Part shown: piece by piece, positions 6,126-11,716 of the stretch | How the letters are laid out: each line of letters starts with the position of its first letter | How positions within the stretch are numbered: position 1 is the first letter of the stretch | Source: a virus | Reading direction: 5' to 3' (one strand) | DNA length: 16,550 nucleotides | UHGV virus genome: UHGV-0152507 | Notes under the pieces: generated by a model | Told to the model about the DNA's origin: nothing | The model's database searches: none | The model's input: only the letters and a program-made list of their open reading frames with translations | Translations under genes and position numbers: made by a program

Positions 6126-7126
6126 CTGCCTATTACAACGAAATCGATCCATATGCAGCACAGTGGCTGCGCAACCTCATTGATGCCGGGCATATTGCGC
6201 CAGGCATTGTTGATACCCGTTCAATTGAGGATGTAACCCCCAATGACCTTAAAGGCTTTACTCAATGTCACTTCTTTGCCGGGATCGGTGTGTGGTCATA
6301 TGCCCTGCGTCTTGTGGGCTGGCCGGACGACAAACCGATCTGGACTGGATCCTGCCCATGCCAGCCTTTCAGCCCGGCAGGCAAAGCAACTGGGTTTGAT
6401 GACGAGCGGCACTTATGGCCCGCCTTTCATTGGCTCATTGCTCAGTGCCGCCCTGTCGTTGTCGCTGGCGAGCAATCTGGAAGCGCTAACGCGAACGTCT
6501 GGCTCGACCTTGTACAAACTGACATGGAAAGCCTGGGCTATGCCTTCGGGGCGGTCGCGTTTCCGTCTGCGAGCGTCGGTGCGCCACACATCTGGGACAG
6601 AGCTTACTGGGTGGCCGACACCAACGGCGAGCGCATGGAAACACCCTGGAAACCAGGGGAGGCAGGGAGGCTTGAATTTGCAAACGGCCACAGCATTAGC
6701 TGGGTGGCCGACACCAACAACGCAGAGCAACAACCAAATCTCAGGAGTTGGAGCTGCTGCAGATCACCCGAAGCGCGGGACAACTTTGGGCGGGGCTGCT
6801 CAGCTGTCGGGGTGGCCGACACCAGCTTCAAGGGACGGCAAGGGGGGGTATCAGGGCGGGAGGATACGCAACGGGAAGCTGTCGACGGACACGCTGGATG
6901 TGACGGCGCAAATTGCGGGACCGGTCCGGTTAACGGTTTCTGGCGATCTGCTGACTGGCTGTATTGCCGGGATGGAAACTGGAGGCCAGTTAAACCCGGA
7001 CTTAAGCCGCTGGTTGATGGGGTTACCGGACGAGTGGGAAAAATCCGCGCCTACGGAAACGCTATCAACGTTGAAGCTGCAACAGCGTTCATAAAGGCTT
7101 ATATGATGGGGGCGTCAAATGTCTGA
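6122..7126 (+). CDS. DNA (cytosine-5) methyltransferase, phage type (frame A)
   Basis: Motif I FFAGIG, motif IV SCPCQPFS, motif VI-like AGEQS, motif VIII-like GAPHIWDRAYWVA and motif X YGNAINV. ATGA overlap with the upstream gene and an 8-nt overlap with gene A. Confidence 0.85.
   Translation: MTAYYNEIDPYAAQWLRNLIDAGHIAPGIVDTRSIEDVTPNDLKGFTQCHFFAGIGVWSYALRLVGWPDDKPIWTGSCPCQPFSPAGKATGFDDERHLWPAFHWLIAQCRPVVVAGEQSGSANANVWLDLVQTDMESLGYAFGAVAFPSASVGAPHIWDRAYWVADTNGERMETPWKPGEAGRLEFANGHSISWVADTNNAEQQPNLRSWSCCRSPEARDNFGRGCSAVGVADTSFKGRQGGVSGREDTQREAVDGHAGCDGANCGTGPVNGFWRSADWLYCRDGNWRPVKPGLKPLVDGVTGRVGKIRAYGNAINVEAATAFIKAYMMGASNV
6243..7094 (+). CDS. Long +1-frame ORF (frame B, 283 aa) nested in the C5-MTase gene. 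It carries GWPTP modules and a motif IX-like segment. Coding status is unresolved.
   Basis: There is no stop from 6237 to 7094. The ORF contains STLYKLTWK...RASVRHTS, three GWPTP modules, GWPTPASRDGKGG and GGQLNPDLSRWLMGLPDEW. No convincing RBS precedes ATG 6243 or ATG 6399. Confidence 0.3.
   Translation: MTLKALLNVTSLPGSVCGHMPCVLWAGRTTNRSGLDPAHASLSARQAKQLGLMTSGTYGPPFIGSLLSAALSLSLASNLEALTRTSGSTLYKLTWKAWAMPSGRSRFRLRASVRHTSGTELTGWPTPTASAWKHPGNQGRQGGLNLQTATALAGWPTPTTQSNNQISGVGAAADHPKRGTTLGGAAQLSGWPTPASRDGKGGYQGGRIRNGKLSTDTLDVTAQIAGPVRLTVSGDLLTGCIAGMETGGQLNPDLSRWLMGLPDEWEKSAPTETLSTLKLQQRS
6607..6826 (+). repeat. Three in-phase copies of a 19-nt repeat within the MTase gene
   Basis: CTGGGTGGCCGACACCAAC occurs at 6607-6625 and 6700-6718, both perfect. 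The copy at 6808-6826 matches 17/19. Offsets are 93 and 108 nt, both multiples of 3. Confidence 0.95.
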
Positions 7127-9737
7127 CGCCGCCTTTGCATGGCCCTGGAACGCGCCGCGCCCAGCTGTTGGCCTGTACACCTACGAACCGAAAAAAATCG
7201 CCCCGCTTGCCGGGGCGGTGGCGCATCATCCTGCCGTAAAAAAACACATCGATCACATATTCAAACGCGCCGGTTACAACCCTGACGACGTTCGCGACCG
7301 TGACGCGCTGATCCAGACGCTGGACAGGTACGAACCGTGCGGCCTGCCACTGGCCGCCCAACAAAATATCATCCGGCAGGAAAGTGCAGCCGCGAAAGCT
7401 GCGGCGGCCGCCTGGGCCAATACGCCGGAAGGTGTCGAAGCGCGTTTGTTGTCTGAGCCGTTCTTCATCCGCGAAGTCTGGCGCAAAAAAATTGAATGGT
7501 TACGGGCCAACCGTGAAACCAGACACACCAATGATTTTCTTATGGGGACCGTGAAAAAATCATTGCTGCGTCTTGATGTTGTGCGCACAAGGCAAGGTGT
7601 TTCGCCTGATATCACCGGCGAACTGGCCGCGTACTGGTTCGGGCGCTGGCAACGGCTGGCTGATTTCACAAAGCGGGAAGCCCTAAGCGCCGCTAATGAG
7701 ATCGCCAGCCGCATGGCTGAAATGCTGGGGACGGAATGCGAAGCCTTGGGACGAAATGTTTCAGACATGAACGTCGAAGAACTGGACTGGCTTTATTGCC
7801 ACCTGGGCCGTGAAATGCTGGCGCTTCGCATTGTGCCGCCTGCATGGTATGCGCCGTGGGAACGCGAGCGCATATGCACGGCCATTTTGCGTATGGCTTC
7901 GCCTGACTGGTGGGGGCGCAAAATCTGGCGCTTGCGTTGTGACTGGCGCGAAAACCAGCTGCGTGCTGTTGGCGCGGTAAATAAAAAAGCGCATCCGTAT
8001 ATCAGTGCATCAAGCCTGATGGAATGGCAGGAACAGCGACGTAAAAACCGTAATTTCTTCAAAAGTCATGAACTGGTAGACGAAGACGGCAACGTTTCGT
8101 CGCTTGAGGACATGATTAACAAATCCACGTCTAACCCTGCAATTCGTCGTCATGAGCTTATGGCCCGTATGGCTGGCGTGGAGCTTGTCGCCCAGAGTCG
8201 TGGCGATGTTGGCATCTTCCTGACCATCACTTGCCCGTCGAAATATCACGGCAATATTGCGTCCGGCCACCATAACGCAAAATGGAACTACGACACGGTT
8301 GCACAGGCGCAACGCTATTTATGCCGCGTATGGAACCGGGCAACCGCCAAACTGAAACGCGAAGATTTGCGCCCTTACGGCTTCCGCGTCGCCGAGCCGC
8401 ATCACGACGGAACGCCACACTGGCACGCCCTGCTATTTATGCCGCAGGCAGAAGTTAAAGCCACGGTAGCGATTTTGCGTGATTACTTTGTCAAAGAGGA
8501 CCGCGCCGAACTGGGGCGTAATACCGGTGCTCGCTTCAAGTCCAAAAAAATGGACCCACGGAAAGGGTCAGCAACGGCGTATATCGCGAAATACATTTCG
8601 AAGAATATCGACGGCCATGCGCTGGCCGGTGAACTGGACGACGAAAGCGGCAAGCCGCTGAATGAAACAGCCAAATATGCAATGGCCTGGGCATCACTTC
8701 ACCGCATCCGTCAGTTTCAGCCCATCGGACAGCCGCCCATATCGGTTTACCGCGAGCTGCGCAAACTGAGCAATCAGATCACGACGCGCCAGAAAATTGA
8801 CAATACCTTCAAGCGCGGTGCGCCGTTGCTTGTGGATCCTGCTATGGATGCGGTTTGCGCCGCTGCGGATGTCGGGTGCTTTGCTACCTACATCATCCGC
8901 CAGGGTGGTGTTTTGATCCCGCGAGAAAACTATGTCGTCCGTCTGGCCTATCAGCCAGCTGATGAAATGAATGCTTATTGTGAGATCCCCGAAAAGGTAT
9001 TCGGGGTCTGGTCGCCACGTCTGGGGGATGCCTCCCGCATTTGCACCCGTCTGGTTAAGTGGAAAATCCGCGCCAAATCCAAAGCCACCACCGGGGCCAA
9101 AAACGGCCCCGGTTTGGGGGTTGACCTTTTGCCGTCGCCAACCGGCGACGCTTGGAGTTCTGTCAATAACTCTACGGAAGACGAAAAAATCACCGATTTT
9201 TCGCCTGATGTGGAAGGGGTGACAGGAGGAGCAGAAGGGGAAATCGGCGATGTTGAAAACATGGACCAACCGACACGGCGAAAATTGATGCGGCGACTAC
9301 GTGAAACACCATTCAAAAGGCAGCAAAACGGATCACCTTATGAGCCAGGCAGCGAATTAGATGTCGCCTGGCGTTCTGCCGTGGAAAAAACCGAGGCCAG
9401 ATCGGCGGCAGAAAAGGCCAAACGGGCGGCGCTTGCCCCTGCTGTTGCCAGCCTGCTGGCAGATGCGGCGTTGTATTCGGTTGAGATTTCAGAGATTCAG
9501 GCCGTTTCGCTGTTAATGGGGAGTTGTCTGGAGATTGGCGGCAAAGTTTATCGGGCCAGTGCTGACGGCCAGTTGATAACGCGTCAATTACCCGACGAGT
9601 CACGGACGGTGAATAAATTATGGGAACGTCTGCGGGATAACCACGGCATAGATGCCACGCGCCTGCGGTTCGACCCTGCGGGCGAATACGCAAAGATGTT
9701 AACGAAAGCAATTAATTGCGCTGACAAAAAGGGGTGA
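7119..9737 (+). CDS. A: Replication initiation endonuclease gpA (HUH rolling-circle nickase, Phage_GPA family)
   Basis: 872 aa with HUH motif PHWHALLF and Tyr motif AYIAKYISKN. Its position, last in the early operon, matches P2. Confidence 0.93.
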   Translation: MSDAAFAWPWNAPRPAVGLYTYEPKKIAPLAGAVAHHPAVKKHIDHIFKRAGYNPDDVRDRDALIQTLDRYEPCGLPLAAQQNIIRQESAAAKAAAAAWANTPEGVEARLLSEPFFIREVWRKKIEWLRANRETRHTNDFLMGTVKKSLLRLDVVRTRQGVSPDITGELAAYWFGRWQRLADFTKREALSAANEIASRMAEMLGTECEALGRNVSDMNVEELDWLYCHLGREMLALRIVPPAWYAPWERERICTAILRMASPDWWGRKIWRLRCDWRENQLRAVGAVNKKAHPYISASSLMEWQEQRRKNRNFFKSHELVDEDGNVSSLEDMINKSTSNPAIRRHELMARMAGVELVAQSRGDVGIFLTITCPSKYHGNIASGHHNAKWNYDTVAQAQRYLCRVWNRATAKLKREDLRPYGFRVAEPHHDGTPHWHALLFMPQAEVKATVAILRDYFVKEDRAELGRNTGARFKSKKMDPRKGSATAYIAKYISKNIDGHALAGELDDESGKPLNETAKYAMAWASLHRIRQFQPIGQPPISVYRELRKLSNQITTRQKIDNTFKRGAPLLVDPAMDAVCAAADVGCFATYIIRQGGVLIPRENYVVRLAYQPADEMNAYCEIPEKVFGVWSPRLGDASRICTRLVKWKIRAKSKATTGAKNGPGLGVDLLPSPTGDAWSSVNNSTEDEKITDFSPDVEGVTGGAEGEIGDVENMDQPTRRKLMRRLRETPFKRQQNGSPYEPGSELDVAWRSAVEKTEARSAAEKAKRAALAPAVASLLADAALYSVEISEIQAVSLLMGSCLEIGGKVYRASADGQLITRQLPDESRTVNKLWERLRDNHGIDATRLRFDPAGEYAKMLTKAINCADKKG

Positions 9738-9739
9738 GC

Positions 9740-9955
9740 ATGAAAATTATTATTGGGCATAAGAAGCAAAATAATCAGTTAGATGTAGTTGTAAGTGCCT
9801 GGTGTTGGGAAGTGGAGCAACTCAATAAGCTGACAAAAGAAGTGATCCGGGTGTTTTTTGTGGAAGGTGAAGCAACGTGCGTGCCGTCGTCATTTCTTCT
9901 GCGTCGTAAATACAAGGTAAGCGGGCCGGAGAGTTCTAAATCTTCCACCAGATAA
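9740..9955 (+). CDS. Hypothetical 71-aa protein downstream of A
   Basis: The ATG at 9740 lies 2 nt after the A stop, with AAAAGGGG upstream. It is AT-rich relative to A. I recognised no family. Confidence 0.5.
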   Translation: MKIIIGHKKQNNQLDVVVSAWCWEVEQLNKLTKEVIRVFFVEGEATCVPSSFLLRRKYKVSGPESSKSSTR

Positions 9956-9968
9956 AACAGTCAATCGC

Positions 9969-10000
9969 GAAAACCTGCGTTACTTGTTGCGCGGGTTTTC
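9969..10000. terminator. Bidirectional rho-independent terminator ending the early operon
   Basis: GAAAACCTGCG (9969-9979) pairs with CGCGGGTTTTC (9990-10000), 11 bp with one G-U pair and a 10-nt loop. The GC core is flanked by an A-run and a T-run. Confidence 0.6.
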
Positions 10001-10008
10001 ACGATTCT

Positions 10009-10032
10009 GCGGGTGCGGGCGGCAAAGAGTCC
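10009..10032. other. Candidate cos (cohesive end) core
   Basis: GGTGCGGGCGGCAAAGAGT (10012-10030) is a G-rich tract ending in AAAG. It resembles the P2/186 19-nt cos GGCGAGGCGGGGAAAGCAC (from memory), with ~11/19 ungapped identity. The location between the early terminator and the packaging genes is where it would be expected. Confidence 0.3.
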
Positions 10033-10066
10033 GCATGTTTTGATTCTAAAAGTGAGATAAGAAAAA

Positions 10067-10282
10067 ATGAAAGCGAGTTATATCAGTTACTTTGAAGGTT
10101 ACGATGCTCTTGGCCGAATGATTTTTAATGGCAATGGTTCATGTTCGGTTGAATACGACGAGACTGAGGGAATCGATCCTGAAGGGTTGCAGGTCGCGCA
10201 TTGTGAGCATCTTTTAAAGGTGGCCCAGGCCAAAAATAACAGTGTCGTGAGAGTCACGATTAATAACATGATGAAACTGTAA
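10067..10282 (+). CDS. Hypothetical 71-aa orphan protein
   Basis: A stand-alone ORF bracketed by two terminators. It is AT-rich and has only a weak RBS (GAGATAAG). I recognised no family. Confidence 0.5.
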   Translation: MKASYISYFEGYDALGRMIFNGNGSCSVEYDETEGIDPEGLQVAHCEHLLKVAQAKNNSVVRVTINNMMKL

Positions 10283-10302
10283 TTGTTATCAATTCCAATA
10301 GT

Positions 10303-10334
10303 TAAAAATGCCCGCTTTATGCGGGCTTCGTTTA
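10303..10334. terminator. Bidirectional rho-independent terminator (serves the P-Q-ogr operon and the 71-aa ORF)
   Basis: GCCCGC (10310-10315), loop TTTAT, GCGGGC (10321-10326). It is flanked by AAAAAT on the left and TTCGTTT on the right. Confidence 0.8.
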
Positions 10335-10658
10335 TGCCGTCTGACCGTTGAGCAGGTCCAGCGCGAATTGACGTTCTTCGGGCTTGAGCCGGTCAATCAG
10401 AAATTTAACCAGCTTGTTGCCGGTCAGCCCGCTGGGGCTGAGGGTATGTGAAAACTCAACGCTATAAACAAATGTATGACCACATTCCACTTCCGTGCAG
10501 CCACAGTATAAAGACGCCAGTTTTTTATCTTTCCAGTCAGATTTACGAATGATGGCCGGTGAGCCGCATTCAGGACATTTAATTTTAAAAACTCGCATGT
10601 TCACCATCCCGCACGCCATTGCTAACAATGGGGATGATTTTAACTTAACTGCGCTCAT
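10332..10658 (-). CDS. ogr: Ogr/Delta-family zinc-finger late-gene activator
   Basis: KCPECGSPAII...YCGCTEVECGHTF gives the CxxC...CxxxxC pattern aligned with P2 Ogr (CPLCQH...QCQNVNCSATF, from memory). The ATG at 10658 overlaps the Q stop (ATGA). The alternative start at 10598 (MRVFKIKCPEC, 88 aa) would fit the family N-terminus better. Confidence 0.8.
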   Translation of the reverse strand: MSAVKLKSSPLLAMACGMVNMRVFKIKCPECGSPAIIRKSDWKDKKLASLYCGCTEVECGHTFVYSVEFSHTLSPSGLTGNKLVKFLIDRLKPEERQFALDLLNGQTA

Positions 10659-11716
10659 TTTTCGCCCTTTTCGACGGTGATTGCCGGGATATCTACATCA
10701 AAATGCAGGTGCAAATGTGGGGGGATCTCCGGGTCATTGTTGACGCCGTTCATTAGCTTGCGCTGCAACGGGATAACTTCATCCTTGCGATAGGTTGTGC
10801 GGGCGGTTTCAGGGTTGCCCATTACCGCGCCATTGGTCGGGATGATACCGGCCAGCCCTGCGGGGAAACGGTGAGCGGTAAAGATATCCTGCGCGGTGAT
10901 CCCTTTGATGTTGGCAAATTCATCCTTTGCGCTGACTTCGCCCACTGGCATGATTTTAACCCCTTCCGGGTCGCCCTTCGGGATGTTGATAAACATATTG
11001 CGGAAGTTACCCAGCCCTTTGGACTGGGCGATCTTCTCTTTGATTTCGTTTTCCATTTCCAGCGTCAGATTCGGATCGCTGGTATAGAGAATAAAGCCCA
11101 TATGCGCCCCGTTATTGTAGTAACGGCGCCGGAAGATGGTTGCCTCACTGTTGAGTAACACCGAATGGATGCCGCCGATATAGTCAGGCAGGCCATATAC
11201 CTGCTGGCGCGGGTCGTACATTTTAAAGAAAACGATGTCTTCCGGGTCATAGATAAGCGCTGGCCCTTCCTGCAAAACAGCAAACGAGCCGTCTTTCCGG
11301 CAGCGCAGGTACAGCGACGGCAGCGGCAGCAGGTCGATCACTTCCCCGAATACGTTACGAATTTTCAGGATAGCGACGTCACCAAACAGCAGGTAATCAA
11401 AGACAGCCTGTTCGACCTGGTCAGGCGTCAGGCCGCCGCCAATATAGCCACCGGCCACCATATTGCGCCGCGCATACAGCACCCCACCATGCTGGCCGTT
11501 AAGGTTCGGCAACTGGGCCAGCGCCAGGCGATCAATCGGGAGTCGCCAGTGGTCATATTCATTGTCATACCAGATATTGTGATAATCCGTGCCGGTCGTC
11601 AGGATGGGTTCGGGTTCGCCAAATGTGATCACGCTTCCGCGCCCTGGCGTGAAGGTTTCAACCTTGCTGCCGGTCATGGACCTGAATTTTTTATTATTAC
11701 GCTGTTTCTTTGTCAT
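10655..11716 (-). CDS. Q: Portal protein gpQ
   Basis: 353 aa, a P2-type portal by overall sequence and by synteny next to P. ATGA overlap with P. Confidence 0.95.
   Translation of the reverse strand: MTKKQRNNKKFRSMTGSKVETFTPGRGSVITFGEPEPILTTGTDYHNIWYDNEYDHWRLPIDRLALAQLPNLNGQHGGVLYARRNMVAGGYIGGGLTPDQVEQAVFDYLLFGDVAILKIRNVFGEVIDLLPLPSLYLRCRKDGSFAVLQEGPALIYDPEDIVFFKMYDPRQQVYGLPDYIGGIHSVLLNSEATIFRRRYYNNGAHMGFILYTSDPNLTLEMENEIKEKIAQSKGLGNFRNMFINIPKGDPEGVKIMPVGEVSAKDEFANIKGITAQDIFTAHRFPAGLAGIIPTNGAVMGNPETARTTYRKDEVIPLQRKLMNGVNNDPEIPPHLHLHFDVDIPAITVEKGEK

Noticed and set aside
7191-8550. Four A7 runs in gene A (7191-7197, 7238-7244, 7484-7490, 8544-8550) as possible slippery sites
   Set aside because: They simply encode Lys-Lys in frame. 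No meaningful alternative-frame ORF follows any of them, and none has a canonical frameshift heptamer context.
7274-9769. Many antisense or alternative-frame ORFs inside gene A (e.g. 7274-7768, 8694-9269, 8975-9316, 9313-9711)
   Set aside because: These are the typical stop-poor shadow frames of a GC-rich gene, with low-complexity Arg/Pro/Ser-rich translations and no start signals.
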